DNA from: Bacteroidota bacterium
GTDB lineage: Bacteria > Bacteroidota > Bacteroidia > UKL13-3
Assembly: GCA_025359805.1 (NCBI GenBank)
Contig: JANYDU010000012.1
Coordinates: forward strand, 3,689-67,688
Direction of reading: 5' to 3'
Length of the DNA: 64,000 nucleotides
In this document: piece after piece, positions 37,777 through 48,827 of the stretch
Numbering within the stretch: the first letter of the stretch is position 1
How the letters are laid out: each line of letters opens with the position of its first letter
The notes under the pieces: generated by a model
Seen by the model: only the letters and a program-made list of their open reading frames with translations
Database searches by the model: none
Told to the model about the DNA's origin: nothing
Translations under genes and position numbers: made by a program

Positions 37777-39915
37777 TTACCTCTTCACCTTCAACACCTC
37801 AAAAATAAAATTGTATTCAAACGCAACTTCTTTGAGTGCACCAAATCTTCCTGATGCTCCTCCATGCCCGGCTTCCATATTGGTTTTAAAAATAAGAATA
37901 TTGCTATCTGTTTTTAGTGTGCGTAATTTAGCAACCCATTTTGCAGGTTCCCAATATTGCACTTGTGAATCGTGCAAGCCAGACGTAACCAACATATTTG
38001 GATAGGCTTGTGCTTTTACATTATCATAAGGCGAGTATGATAACATATAATCATAATAGATTTTATCATTTGGATTTCCCCACTCATCATACTCATAAGT
38101 GGTAAGTGGAATGCTACTATCCATCATAGTAGTAATTACATCAACAAAAGGAACATCGGCAACAATTATTTTATATAAATCAGGGCGCATATTGCTAATG
38201 GCACCCATTAATAAGCCTCCTGCACTTCCTCCTGATGCAACCAGTTTTTCAGATGAAGTATATTTTTCGTTGATCAAAAATTCAGAGCAAGCAATAAAAT
38301 CAGTGAAGGTATTTTTCTTTTTTAGGAGCTTTCCATCTTCGTACCAAAAACGCCCCATTTCTTGTCCGCCACGTATATGGCAAATGGCAAATACAAATCC
38401 TCTATCTAATAAGCTTAATCGGGCCGAACTAAAATACGCATCCATTGAATTTCCATAAGAGCCATAAGCATATTGATATAATGGATGTGTTCCATCTTTT
38501 TTAAATCCTTTTTTGTATACCAGTGAAACAGGAATTTTTACTCCATCTTTTGCCGTTGCATATACACGTTCACTCACATAATTATTTTTATCAAACGTTC
38601 CTAAAACCTCCTGCTGTTTGAGCAATGTATTTTGTTTGGTTTGCATGTTGTAATCGAACGTGCTTGTAGGTGTGGTGAGTGATGAATAACGATAACGAAT
38701 AATATCTGTTTCGTACTCCGGATTATAAGTTAACGAAGCAGAATAAGTAGGTTCGCCAAAGTCAACATAGTGTTCTTTTTTATCGGATGTATGAATTACG
38801 CGAATGCGCAACAACCCTTCTTTGCGTTCTTCAATCACAGTATAGCTAGAAAAAATATCCATGCCCTCCAGCAATACATCATCACGATGAGCGATAACTT
38901 CTATCCAATTATTTTTATTGCTATTGGCAGCAGTTTCAGTTTGCATCAATCTAAAATTTCTTGCTTTCCAATTGGTGATGATAAAAAATGTTTTTCCGTT
39001 ATGAGAAATGGAATATTCGTGGTCTTTTTCACGAGGAAGAAAGGAAAAAAACTTTCCACTTGGCTTATCTGCATCTAATAAAAATACTTCGCTGCTTAGT
39101 GTGCTATTCGCATCAATTTCAATATATTTTTTTGATTTTGTTTTTCCGATTGATACCGAAAACTCTTCATCTTTTTCTTCAAAAACCAATACATCTTTTT
39201 TGGGTGAAGTGCCTAAAATATGTCGATACACTTTTTGTTCCTGCAAGGTTTCGGTATCTTTATGAACATAAAAAACAGTTTCATTATCATTAGCCCATAT
39301 TACCTCTCCTGTGGTATTTTCAATTACCTCATCATATAACTTTCCAGTTTGTAAATTCTTAAATCGGATCTGGTATAAACGTCTGCTTACGGTATCTTCA
39401 CTATATGCCATTAATGTATTATCAGGGCTTATTTCTATGCTTGTTAAATCGTAATACGAGTGTGTTTTTGCCTGTTCATTTTCATCAATCAAAATTTCTT
39501 CAGCACTGTTTAAATCTTTCAGTTTTCGGCAATTAATCGCGTAATCTTTTCCTTCTGTGTATCGCACATAATAAAAATATCCATTGTCTTTATATGGAAC
39601 AGATTCATCTGTTTCTTTCACTCGTGATTTGAGTTCGTTGAACAATGCTTCTTGATCACTTTTTGTATGTTCAAGCAATGCTTCTGCGTAAGTATTTTCG
39701 GCATTTAGGTAGGCTATCACTTCAGGATTTTCTCGTTCTTTTAGCCAAAAATAATTATCAATACGTGTGCTTCCATGTTCTTTAAAAGTGTGTGGTTTAA
39801 TTGCGGCAACGGGTGTTTTAATTTCTTTCATATTTTTTTGACAAGCCACCAAACTTATTGTGGCGATAAATAAAAGTGATGAATAGCCTTTCATAGCTTC
39901 TGTAATTTCAAACAA
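37777..39915 (-). CDS. S9 family peptidase, oligopeptidase B/prolyl oligopeptidase-like; probable lipoprotein (start possibly MKGYSS… at 39894)
   Basis: N-terminal beta-propeller region and C-terminal catalytic domain with GGSAGGLLMGA (nucleophile Ser) and …SGLHDSQVQYWEPAKW… (Asp/His region). Confidence 0.85.
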   Translation of the reverse strand: MFEITEAMKGYSSLLFIATISLVACQKNMKEIKTPVAAIKPHTFKEHGSTRIDNYFWLKERENPEVIAYLNAENTYAEALLEHTKSDQEALFNELKSRVKETDESVPYKDNGYFYYVRYTEGKDYAINCRKLKDLNSAEEILIDENEQAKTHSYYDLTSIEISPDNTLMAYSEDTVSRRLYQIRFKNLQTGKLYDEVIENTTGEVIWANDNETVFYVHKDTETLQEQKVYRHILGTSPKKDVLVFEEKDEEFSVSIGKTKSKKYIEIDANSTLSSEVFLLDADKPSGKFFSFLPREKDHEYSISHNGKTFFIITNWKARNFRLMQTETAANSNKNNWIEVIAHRDDVLLEGMDIFSSYTVIEERKEGLLRIRVIHTSDKKEHYVDFGEPTYSASLTYNPEYETDIIRYRYSSLTTPTSTFDYNMQTKQNTLLKQQEVLGTFDKNNYVSERVYATAKDGVKIPVSLVYKKGFKKDGTHPLYQYAYGSYGNSMDAYFSSARLSLLDRGFVFAICHIRGGQEMGRFWYEDGKLLKKKNTFTDFIACSEFLINEKYTSSEKLVASGGSAGGLLMGAISNMRPDLYKIIVADVPFVDVITTMMDSSIPLTTYEYDEWGNPNDKIYYDYMLSYSPYDNVKAQAYPNMLVTSGLHDSQVQYWEPAKWVAKLRTLKTDSNILIFKTNMEAGHGGASGRFGALKEVAFEYNFIFEVLKVKR

Positions 39916-39949
39916 AGATGTTTAATAGTTTGAATATTCAGCATACACT

Positions 39950-40837
39950 TTAAATTGGAGTTACTTTTTTACTTACCAAATAAACCCCTAAAAAGATGAT
40001 GATGATAAAAATAATTTTTTCCAAATTGAGTTCATCTTTACCCGAAAAAATAGCAATGAATGTAGCCAATACCGGTTGTAAATAAATATATGAACCGACT
40101 AATGAAGGAGAAGCGTGGCGGAGTGCATAAGCATTTAATACATAAGTTAAAAAAGTAGATCCTATTGTTACAAAAGCAATGTAAATCCAAATTTTAAAGG
40201 GAATTGATTTCCATATAATTTCAGAAAATTCGCTCCATGCAAATGGTACAACCAAAATAGCTCCTATTAAAAAACAATACAGTGTAATAGTTAGCGGATG
40301 ATATTTTTGAGTAAGGGGTTTTGCATACACTAAATAGAAAGCGTAAATAATTGCATTTAACGTTACAAAAATATCTCCTAATGCGGTTTGTGAGTTAAAC
40401 GAAAAACGTGTTCCCGTCATTAATAAAACGGCACCAATAGCAGCTATCAAAATGCCTATTATTTTTAGAATGGCTAATTTCTCTTTTAGCAAAATAGCTG
40501 CAAATACCACAACAAAAATTGGCGTATTCATCATCAACACAGAAGCGTTTATTGGAACGGTTAATGATAATCCTTTAAAAAATAAAAGCATATTAGCCAC
40601 CACTCCAAACACAGCGCAAATAAGCAATTTTTTATAATCCGTTTTATCCGTAATTTTTTCGTTGATGATGGAACGATGAAAAATAAAAATAAAAACTACG
40701 GCTACCCAAATACGCAACATAATAAACGCGAATGGTTTAATATACAAAGGCATCACTTCTTTAGCTATGGTGAATGTTGCACCGTATATGAGTGAAACAA
40801 TAAATAAAGCGAAATGAACTTTTAGGGTTTTGTTCAT
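39950..40837 (-). CDS. DMT-superfamily (EamA-like) transporter
   Basis: Ten predicted TM helices in two EamA-like halves; 295 aa. Confidence 0.8.
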   Translation of the reverse strand: MNKTLKVHFALFIVSLIYGATFTIAKEVMPLYIKPFAFIMLRIWVAVVFIFIFHRSIINEKITDKTDYKKLLICAVFGVVANMLLFFKGLSLTVPINASVLMMNTPIFVVVFAAILLKEKLAILKIIGILIAAIGAVLLMTGTRFSFNSQTALGDIFVTLNAIIYAFYLVYAKPLTQKYHPLTITLYCFLIGAILVVPFAWSEFSEIIWKSIPFKIWIYIAFVTIGSTFLTYVLNAYALRHASPSLVGSYIYLQPVLATFIAIFSGKDELNLEKIIFIIIIFLGVYLVSKKVTPI

Positions 40838-42210
40838 TAATGTGTGGCTTGTTGATGTACGCTTTTAAACACATCCACTTTTTTGCTTAATCTGATGAAC
40901 CTCCAACTTAGCATAGCTGCAGAAAATGTTAATCCAACGAGTAATCCAATCCAAATCCCATACAAGCTCATGTTATAGGAAAAAGCTAATACATATCCAA
41001 TTGGAATGCCAATAACCCAATACGCAACAATGGTTATAAATGTTGGAATTTTAGTATCCTCAATTCCTCGCAAAATACCTAATCCCACACATTGAATACC
41101 GTCTGATAATTGAAATACTGCAGCAATTAATAATAAATAAACTGCCATACCTGCTACACCAGAATCATCAACATATAATGCAATAATTGCTTTGCTAAAA
41201 ATGGAAAAAATTAAAGCGCAACCACCCATAAATAATGTTCCTAAAATAAGTGCCGCTTTTCCTGAGCGAATAATATCTGTTTTGTTTTTTCTTCCTAATG
41301 CATCACCAACTAAAATAGAACCACCAGCTGCAATTCCTGTTGCAATCATATAGGTTATAGATGCAACATTAATGGCAATATGATGTGCGGCTAATTCATT
41401 TTTTCCTATCCAACCAATAATAATTGCTGCAGATGAAAAAGCTCCTACTTCAAAAAAATATTGAAGACCTGATGGCAATCCTATTTGAAAAATTTGCTTG
41501 AAAAATTGTATCCTACTTAAACGTTCTTTTACCCTAATAAAATTTTTGTATTGCTTGTGCCATAATACAAACGCAATCATACATACGGCCATTAAAATAC
41601 GTGCAATAAGTGTGGCCCAACCAGCGCCCATCAAACCCATTTTTGGAAATCCCCAATTGCCATAAATAAACAACCAGTTTAAAAATATATTTAAGAGTAA
41701 AGCAGTAAGTGTAATGATGGCTGATGGTTTTGTAAACGATATGCCATCACTAAATTGTTTTGCTGCAAAAAACAGTAATAAAGGAAGCGTACTAAACGTA
41801 AGCATATTTAATAATTTTACTGCTAAAATGGTTACATCTTCGGCTTGTTTAAAAATGTAAAAATTGGCGGCTAATAAAAACAGCACAGCACAAATGAAAA
41901 TACTTAAAGCAATAGCAGCATTCATTCCTTGACGAAATAATAATGCACAACTATTATTATTGCCTGCGCCTTTGGCCTGCGCCACAAGTGGAGACACAGC
42001 AGTTAATGTTCCAATTCCCAAAATAGAAACTAAAAAATAAACGGAATTAGCTAATCCTGCTGCAGCTAAATTTGTGGCATCAATTCTTCCAATCATAATC
42101 ACATCGGCAACACCCATTAATACAATGCCAACCTGACCAATAATTATAGGGTAACTAAGGATACTGATTTTTTTAAAATAGGGAGTATAATTTGATAGTA
42201 TAGTTTTCAA
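40837..42210 (-). CDS. MATE-family efflux transporter
   Basis: 457 aa, 12 TM. …YPIIIGQVGIVLMGVADVIMIGRIDATNLAAAGLANSVYF… is the typical MATE N-terminus. Confidence 0.88.
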   Translation of the reverse strand: MKTILSNYTPYFKKISILSYPIIIGQVGIVLMGVADVIMIGRIDATNLAAAGLANSVYFLVSILGIGTLTAVSPLVAQAKGAGNNNSCALLFRQGMNAAIALSIFICAVLFLLAANFYIFKQAEDVTILAVKLLNMLTFSTLPLLLFFAAKQFSDGISFTKPSAIITLTALLLNIFLNWLFIYGNWGFPKMGLMGAGWATLIARILMAVCMIAFVLWHKQYKNFIRVKERLSRIQFFKQIFQIGLPSGLQYFFEVGAFSSAAIIIGWIGKNELAAHHIAINVASITYMIATGIAAGGSILVGDALGRKNKTDIIRSGKAALILGTLFMGGCALIFSIFSKAIIALYVDDSGVAGMAVYLLLIAAVFQLSDGIQCVGLGILRGIEDTKIPTFITIVAYWVIGIPIGYVLAFSYNMSLYGIWIGLLVGLTFSAAMLSWRFIRLSKKVDVFKSVHQQATH

Positions 42211-42283
42211 TATTGATTTTTAATGAGGCGCGAATATAATAGATGCCTTTGAGAAAGGAGAATGAGAGGAAAAGTAAGCGTTC

Positions 42284-43570
42284 CTATTTTCTCACAAAAG
42301 GTCTTGTAATTATTCTGATGGCTCTTTGATAGCTAATGTAATTCCACATCCAATTGATAAAAACAATTAATCTGTTGCGGTAACCAACTAATAACATCAA
42401 GTGTAAAAACATCCATCCTAACCATGCAATATATCCTTGCATTTTTATCCCAAAAGATTCAAAAACTGCTTTATGCCTGCCAACGGTTGCCATTGATCCT
42501 TTATCAAAATAATGAAATGATTGAAGTGGTTTATTGGAGATTAAATGGGTTAAGTTTTTAGCAAACAATTGAGCTTGCTGCACAGCAACGGGAGCAACCA
42601 TTGGATGTCCGTTTGGATATTTTTCATCACCATTCATTAAAGCAATATCGCCAATGGCAAAAATATTTTTATATCCCTCAATTTGATTGTGTGCATTTAC
42701 TTTATATCGGTTTCCTTTTCCTAAAGCATCAATAGAAATTCCATCAATACTTTTCCCCTTTACGCCCGCGCTCCAAATCACAGTATCCGTTTCAATGGTT
42801 TCTCCATTATTTAAGGTAATTGTGTTTCCATTGTAAGAAACCACAGCAATATTTAATTTTATCTGAACACCTAATTCATTTAAAAATTTTGCCGCACCTG
42901 TTGATGATGCCTCACTCATTGAAGCCAATAAACGAGAAGCGGATTCGATTAAATAAACATTCATTTTTGAGGCATCTAATTCTGTGTAATCAGCAGGCAA
43001 TACATTCTTCTTCATTTCGGCTAAAGCGCCAGCAGTTTCTACTCCTGTGGGACCACCACCTACTACTACGAAATTTAAAATGCGTGTAATATTGCTCGTG
43101 TCACTTTCGCTTAATGCTTTTTCAAACTCTTGTAAAATATCACTTCGCAAATCCAATGCATCTGTAATTGATTTGAGTTGCATGCTATATTTTTCTAATT
43201 CGGCATTGCCAAAAAAATTAGTTTGTGAACCAGTTGCAATGCATAAATAATCAAAATTAAACTCACCAATATTTGTTGAAACACATTTTTTGTTTGTATC
43301 AACCGTTAGCACTTCAGCCATTCGAAATGCTATATTCGAAAGCTTTGAAATAATTTTTCGCAAGGGATAAGCAATCGCATCTGGACCCAACCCTCCGGAA
43401 GCTACTTGATATAAAAGTGGTTGAAAAGTATGGTAATTATTTTTATCGAGAAGCGTAACTTTTACAGGCTTATTTTTAAGTTGCTTAACCAACTCTATTC
43501 CTGCAAAACCGCCACCAATAATAATTAGATGTGGAGCTTGCATATTTTTGTAATCGGTATTCATAACCAA
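42284..43570 (-). CDS. ndh: Type II NADH dehydrogenase (NDH-2)-like FAD/NAD(P)-binding oxidoreductase. The start is probably the internal ATG (MQAPHLIIIGGG…) near 43543.
   Basis: HLIIIGGGFAGIELVKQL (first Rossmann), VVVGGGPTGVETAGAL (second Rossmann), …IFAIGDIA…. Confidence 0.82.
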   Translation of the reverse strand: MVMNTDYKNMQAPHLIIIGGGFAGIELVKQLKNKPVKVTLLDKNNYHTFQPLLYQVASGGLGPDAIAYPLRKIISKLSNIAFRMAEVLTVDTNKKCVSTNIGEFNFDYLCIATGSQTNFFGNAELEKYSMQLKSITDALDLRSDILQEFEKALSESDTSNITRILNFVVVGGGPTGVETAGALAEMKKNVLPADYTELDASKMNVYLIESASRLLASMSEASSTGAAKFLNELGVQIKLNIAVVSYNGNTITLNNGETIETDTVIWSAGVKGKSIDGISIDALGKGNRYKVNAHNQIEGYKNIFAIGDIALMNGDEKYPNGHPMVAPVAVQQAQLFAKNLTHLISNKPLQSFHYFDKGSMATVGRHKAVFESFGIKMQGYIAWLGWMFLHLMLLVGYRNRLIVFINWMWNYISYQRAIRIITRPFVRK

Positions 43571-43752
43571 TGTATTTAGTGAAACGAAGTTATAAGGATT
43601 ATAGATTGTTGTTGAAATAAAATCAAGAAAATTTGTTTTTGCATTTCATTTTTCAATAGCAAAATTCTGTAAAATCAATTCATAGAATAACTGATTTTTT
43701 CTTTAGCACTTCTTCATCTATCTATTATCTTCGCCAAAAATTTTAAGTTTAG

Positions 43753-46473
43753 ATGGATAAATTTTCATATATCAGTAATGCTGATGTGAGTGTGATAGAT
43801 GACCTATATCAACAATATTTAAAAGATCAAAACTCGGTTGATTTTGGATGGAAAAAGTTTTTTGAAGGCTTTGAAATGGGTCAGCAAAAATTTAATGGGA
43901 ACTCAAAAAACACTCCCGTTATTTCTGAAAATATCATTAAAGAAATAAATGTATTAAACCTCATTAAAGGGTATCGTACACGCGGGCATTTATTTACGCA
44001 TACCAATCCTGTTCGTGAGCGTAGGCATTATGTTCCAACGCTTGATTTAGAAAATTTTGGACTAACCACAAACGACCTCGATACTGTTTTTAATGCAGGA
44101 GTTGAAATAGGTGTTGGTGCTGCAAAACTCAAAGATATTATTGCTCATTTAGAAACAACTTATTGCCAATCCATAGGAGCAGAATATGTGTATATCCGTG
44201 AGCCTAAAAGATTAGAATGGCTGCAACAAAAAATGGAGAGCAGTAAAAATATTCCTCAACTTTCGTTAGATGAAAAGAGACATATTCTTTCTAAGCTAAA
44301 TGAAGCCAGTGTGTTTGAAAATTTTTTGCATACCAAATTTGTTGGGCAAAAAAGATTTTCTTTGGAAGGATTGGAAACGCTTATTCCCGCTTTAGATTCT
44401 GTTATTCAATATGGATCGGAATTAGGCGTTGAAGAATTTATTTTAGGTATGGCTCATCGTGGAAGATTGAATGTGCTTACCAATATTTTAAACAAAACTT
44501 ATGAAGAAATTTTTAGAGAGTTTGAAGGTAAAGCTTATGAAGAAGCGCTGTTTGAAGGGGATGTAAAATATCACTTAGGTTATTCAACACAACTCACAAC
44601 AAAAAGTGGCAAAAAAGTTCATTTGAGTTTATCTCCAAATCCCTCACACTTAGAAACCGTGAACCCTGTTGTGAAAGGAATTGCTCGTGCAAAATTGGAC
44701 AAAAATTATGCGAGCGATATTGATAAAATTGCGCCTATACTCATTCATGGTGACGCTTCTGTTGCTGGACAAGGTGTTGTGTATGAAGTATTGCAAATGG
44801 CAGGATTAGAAGCCTACACAGTTGGCGGTTGTATTCATATTGTTACCAATAATCAAATTGGTTTTACTACAAATTATAGTGACGGACGAACTTCAACTTA
44901 TTGCAGTGATGTGGCTAAAACAACCTTATGCCCAGTGTTTCATGTGAATGCTGATGATGTGGAAGCAGTTGTTTTTACAGTTAAGTTAGCAATGGAATAT
45001 CGCCAGGAATTTAACAGCGATGTATTTATTGATTTGCTTGGCTACCGTAAATATGGACATAATGAAGGTGATGAGCCAAGATTTACTCAACCACTTTTAT
45101 ATAAAGCCATTGCCTCACATCCAAATCCTCGCGAAATTTATAATCAGAAATTACTGAGTGCTGGAAGTGTGGAAGCTGATTTAGCAAAAGAAATGGAAAC
45201 CAATTTCCGAAGGTTATTGCAAGAGAAATTAGAGATGGCAAAAAAATCTGAACCATCACAAGTGACTAATTTTATTGGCGATATATGGACAGGTTTTAGG
45301 GCATCAACAAAAGAAGATTTTGATACCATTCCGAATACTTCCATCGACAAAAAATTATTTATAACCCTTGCCGAAAAAATTACTTCAATACCCGAGGGAT
45401 TTAAAGCGTTTAATAAAATCGAAAAATTATTTAACGATCGTAAAAACATGATTAAAAATGATAGTTACGATTGGGCAATGGGTGAATTAATGGCATACGC
45501 ATCATTAGTAAATGAAGGCTTTGCAGTTCGTATGAGTGGGCAAGATTGTGAACGTGGTACTTTCTCTCACAGGCATGCCATTATCAAACAAGAAGACTCA
45601 GAAAAAGAACATAACGTAATTGATAGTTTAGGTGATTTGAAAAATGCCAATGCCGAATTTTATAACTCATTACTATCTGAATATGCAGTGCTTGGTTTTG
45701 AATATGGTTACTCTATGGCAACTCCAAAAACATTAACCATTTGGGAAGCACAATTTGGTGATTTTGCAAACGGTGCTCAAATTGTTATCGATCAATATAT
45801 AAGTAGTGCAGAGGCAAAATGGAAAACCTATAGTGGACTTGTTTTGATGTTACCTCATGGCTATGAAGGGCAAGGTCCTGAGCATTCATCGGCACGTGTT
45901 GAACGTTTTTTACAACTATGTGCAAACCGAAATATGCAAGTGTGTAATGTAACTTCACCTGCAAATTATTTTCATTTATTGCGCAGGCAAATTCATCGTG
46001 AGTTTAGAACTCCACTTGTTATCATGACTCCGAAAAGTTTGCTTCGTCATCCTTTATGTGTGAGTAAAATTGACGAGTTTACAAAAGGTGGTTTTAATGA
46101 AATTATTGATGATGATTTTGTAGATCAGAAAAAAGTAAAACGTGTTTTGTTTTGCACCGGAAAAATTTATTTTGATTTGTTAGATAAACAACAAAAAGAT
46201 AATCGAAAAGATATTGCCATTGTGAGGCTCGAACAACTTTATCCTTGCCCTGACAGACATCTAAAAAAGATGTACGAAAAATATTCCGATGCTGAGTTTT
46301 ATTGGGTTCAAGAAGAGCCAAAAAACATGGGAGCATGGACGTTTTTATTACGTTGGGATGTGAATTTTAAATTGAAATTAATTGCCCGTAAATCAAGTGC
46401 ATCACCAGCAACAGGTTTTGCAAAAGTGCATACTAAAGAACAAATGCAAATTGTGGAAGAAGCGTTTGCTTAG
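43753..46473 (+). CDS. sucA: 2-oxoglutarate dehydrogenase E1 component
   Basis: 906 aa; N-terminal …YQQYLKDQNSVDFGWKKFFEG… and a TPP-binding transketolase-like core (…LIHGDASVAGQGVVYE…). Confidence 0.93.
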   Translation: MDKFSYISNADVSVIDDLYQQYLKDQNSVDFGWKKFFEGFEMGQQKFNGNSKNTPVISENIIKEINVLNLIKGYRTRGHLFTHTNPVRERRHYVPTLDLENFGLTTNDLDTVFNAGVEIGVGAAKLKDIIAHLETTYCQSIGAEYVYIREPKRLEWLQQKMESSKNIPQLSLDEKRHILSKLNEASVFENFLHTKFVGQKRFSLEGLETLIPALDSVIQYGSELGVEEFILGMAHRGRLNVLTNILNKTYEEIFREFEGKAYEEALFEGDVKYHLGYSTQLTTKSGKKVHLSLSPNPSHLETVNPVVKGIARAKLDKNYASDIDKIAPILIHGDASVAGQGVVYEVLQMAGLEAYTVGGCIHIVTNNQIGFTTNYSDGRTSTYCSDVAKTTLCPVFHVNADDVEAVVFTVKLAMEYRQEFNSDVFIDLLGYRKYGHNEGDEPRFTQPLLYKAIASHPNPREIYNQKLLSAGSVEADLAKEMETNFRRLLQEKLEMAKKSEPSQVTNFIGDIWTGFRASTKEDFDTIPNTSIDKKLFITLAEKITSIPEGFKAFNKIEKLFNDRKNMIKNDSYDWAMGELMAYASLVNEGFAVRMSGQDCERGTFSHRHAIIKQEDSEKEHNVIDSLGDLKNANAEFYNSLLSEYAVLGFEYGYSMATPKTLTIWEAQFGDFANGAQIVIDQYISSAEAKWKTYSGLVLMLPHGYEGQGPEHSSARVERFLQLCANRNMQVCNVTSPANYFHLLRRQIHREFRTPLVIMTPKSLLRHPLCVSKIDEFTKGGFNEIIDDDFVDQKKVKRVLFCTGKIYFDLLDKQQKDNRKDIAIVRLEQLYPCPDRHLKKMYEKYSDAEFYWVQEEPKNMGAWTFLLRWDVNFKLKLIARKSSASPATGFAKVHTKEQMQIVEEAFA

Positions 46474-46502
46474 GTTTAAAATGGATTAAGATAAAACAAT
46501 TT

Positions 46503-47642
46503 TTATTTTAAAATTTCTCTCGAAATAACAATACGTTGTACTTCCGAAGTGCCTTCATAAATTTGAGTAATTTTTGCATCACGCATTAAACGTTCCACAT
46601 GATACTCTTTTACATAACCGTATCCTCCATGCACTTGAACAGCTTCAGTGGTAATTTCCATTGCAGCAGTTGATGCAAATAATTTTGCCATCGAACTGGC
46701 TAAGGCATATTCTTTATGTTCGTCTTTTAACCAAGCAGCTTTTAAGCAAAGCAAACGAGCCATTTCTACTTGTGTAGCCATGTCGGCCAATTTAAATTGT
46801 ATAGCTTGATGATTTTTTATTTCTGTTCCAAATGCTTTACGTTCTTTTGAATATTTAATGGATAATTCCATTGCACCACTTGCAATTCCTAATGCTTGTG
46901 ATGCAATACCTATTCGCCCTCCGGCAAGCGTTTTCATGGCAAACTTAAACCCAAAACCATCTTCTCCAATTCTGTTTTCCTTTGGAACTTTTACATCAGT
47001 AAACATAATTGAATGGGTATCACTTGCACGAATTCCCATCTTCTGTTCTTTTCTTCCAACAACAATTCCAGGTGTGTTTTTTTCAACGATAAAAGCATTA
47101 ATTCCTTTATGTCCTTTTTCAACATGCGTTTGAGCAATTACCAAATATGTATCGGCAGTATTTCCACAGGTAATCCAGTTTTTTGTTCCGTTTAATAAAT
47201 AATAATCTCCTTTATCTTCGGCAGTAGTGCGTTGTGAAGTAGCATCACTTCCTGCTTCGGGTTCTGATAATAAAAATGCACCATGTACTTTTCCTGAAGC
47301 GAGTGGCACTAAATATTTCATTTTTTGCTCTTCGTTTGCAAAGGTTTCGAGTCCCCAACAAACCAAAGAATTATTTACAGATACTACCACCGAAACTGAT
47401 GCATCTATTTTTGAAAGTTCTTCCATCGCTAATACGTATGAAACAGTATCCATTCCACTACCGCCATATTTAGGATCTACCATCATTCCCATAAAACCAA
47501 GTTCGCCAAGTTTACGAATTTGCTCTAAAGGAAACTTTTGTTCTTCATCACGTTCAATCACACCGGGTAAAAGTTCGGTTTGTGCGAAATCACGTGCTGC
47601 TTGTTGCACGTTTAAATGCTCTTCGGTTAGTTCAAAATTCAT
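46503..47642 (-). CDS. Acyl-CoA dehydrogenase (short-chain/butyryl-CoA type)
   Basis: MNFELTEEHLNVQQAARDFAQTELLPGVIERDEEQKFPLEQI…, catalytic region …QIYEGTSEVQRIVISREIL; 379 aa. Confidence 0.9.
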   Translation of the reverse strand: MNFELTEEHLNVQQAARDFAQTELLPGVIERDEEQKFPLEQIRKLGELGFMGMMVDPKYGGSGMDTVSYVLAMEELSKIDASVSVVVSVNNSLVCWGLETFANEEQKMKYLVPLASGKVHGAFLLSEPEAGSDATSQRTTAEDKGDYYLLNGTKNWITCGNTADTYLVIAQTHVEKGHKGINAFIVEKNTPGIVVGRKEQKMGIRASDTHSIMFTDVKVPKENRIGEDGFGFKFAMKTLAGGRIGIASQALGIASGAMELSIKYSKERKAFGTEIKNHQAIQFKLADMATQVEMARLLCLKAAWLKDEHKEYALASSMAKLFASTAAMEITTEAVQVHGGYGYVKEYHVERLMRDAKITQIYEGTSEVQRIVISREILK

Positions 47643-47824
47643 GGGAATAGTTTATTAAATTAAAAAGCGAAAATACTTATATCATTAACAAATGCAAAAG
47701 GAGAGTGTTTTTTGTTCCACACATTTTATAATTGATAAATGATGAGGAGTTTCCTGAGGCAGATTTTGTCAAACCATATTCAAAAGTTGGATGGATATGT
47801 TAAATATTTATAATGGATTACATC

Positions 47825-48763
47825 TTATTTTCTCTTCTCCTTCAAATCGGCATCATCAATTACATTCATTGCCATCATTTGCTTAAGTGTTTTGTTCATG
47901 CCATCTGTTGAACCATCTAAAAAAATCACATTGCCTTTTCCATCGGCAGCAAAATTTTTGATAGCTTCTGTCCACATACTAAATAATAAAAAAGAAGAAT
48001 CTAAATCTGCTTGTTTCATTTCTTGAGCAGCTTCACTCATCCCTTTTGCTACTTCTTTTCTAAACAGCGCAATTCCTTGTCCGCGCAACGCAGCAGCAAT
48101 TTTTTCTGCCTCTGCCGAAATTTTTATTGCATTTCCTTCTGCCTCTGCAGCTTTTGTTTTAGTAATTAATAAGGCTTGTCCTTCGTTTTCGGCAGCGGCT
48201 TTTAAATTAGATGAGGCAACCACTTGTGCCATTGATTTGGTGATGGCTTCATCAAACGTAATATCATTTAATTGTAAATCGAGTAAATGATAACCCCACG
48301 TTTCAAGCACATGATCAATACTATCTTTTACCGATTCAACAATTTCTTTTCGGAGTGAAAGAATTTCGGATTGTTTTTTTGTAGCTACAAAACCTCTTAT
48401 CGAACCTTCAATAGTTCGAATTAATGCCGTCATAAAATCACGATCGTTTACAAATTTAAAGGCTACATTTTTTAGTGTTTCTTCTTTGTTATCAAATACC
48501 GAATACAACAACATGGCTTTAAAATATACATTGGCTTGATCTTGTGTAATGGCTTGAAAATCTAATTCAATAGAACGATTTTGAATAGATACTCTGCGAT
48601 AAATTATTTCCAAAAAAGGAATTTTTATATTCAATCCTGGATACATTACCCTGCGGTATTTTCCAAACATGGTAATGATGGCAATGGTGCCTTGCTGAAC
48701 AGTTACAATAGAAAGAAAAATAGTAACAAATGCTAATACTAAAACAATAATTAAGGCTATCAT
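47825..48763 (-). CDS. SPFH/band 7 (stomatin/prohibitin-like) membrane protein
   Basis: N-terminal TM helix then an SPFH core (…VQQGTIAIITMFGKYRRVMYPGLNIKIPFLE…) and a C-terminal Ala/Glu-rich coiled coil. Confidence 0.8.
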   Translation of the reverse strand: MIALIIVLVLAFVTIFLSIVTVQQGTIAIITMFGKYRRVMYPGLNIKIPFLEIIYRRVSIQNRSIELDFQAITQDQANVYFKAMLLYSVFDNKEETLKNVAFKFVNDRDFMTALIRTIEGSIRGFVATKKQSEILSLRKEIVESVKDSIDHVLETWGYHLLDLQLNDITFDEAITKSMAQVVASSNLKAAAENEGQALLITKTKAAEAEGNAIKISAEAEKIAAALRGQGIALFRKEVAKGMSEAAQEMKQADLDSSFLLFSMWTEAIKNFAADGKGNVIFLDGSTDGMNKTLKQMMAMNVIDDADLKEKRK

Positions 48764-48827
48764 AAGCGGTAAATTTTTATTCGAATGTAACCATTTTTAT
48801 ATATCGGAAAGCACATACCTTTGGCAC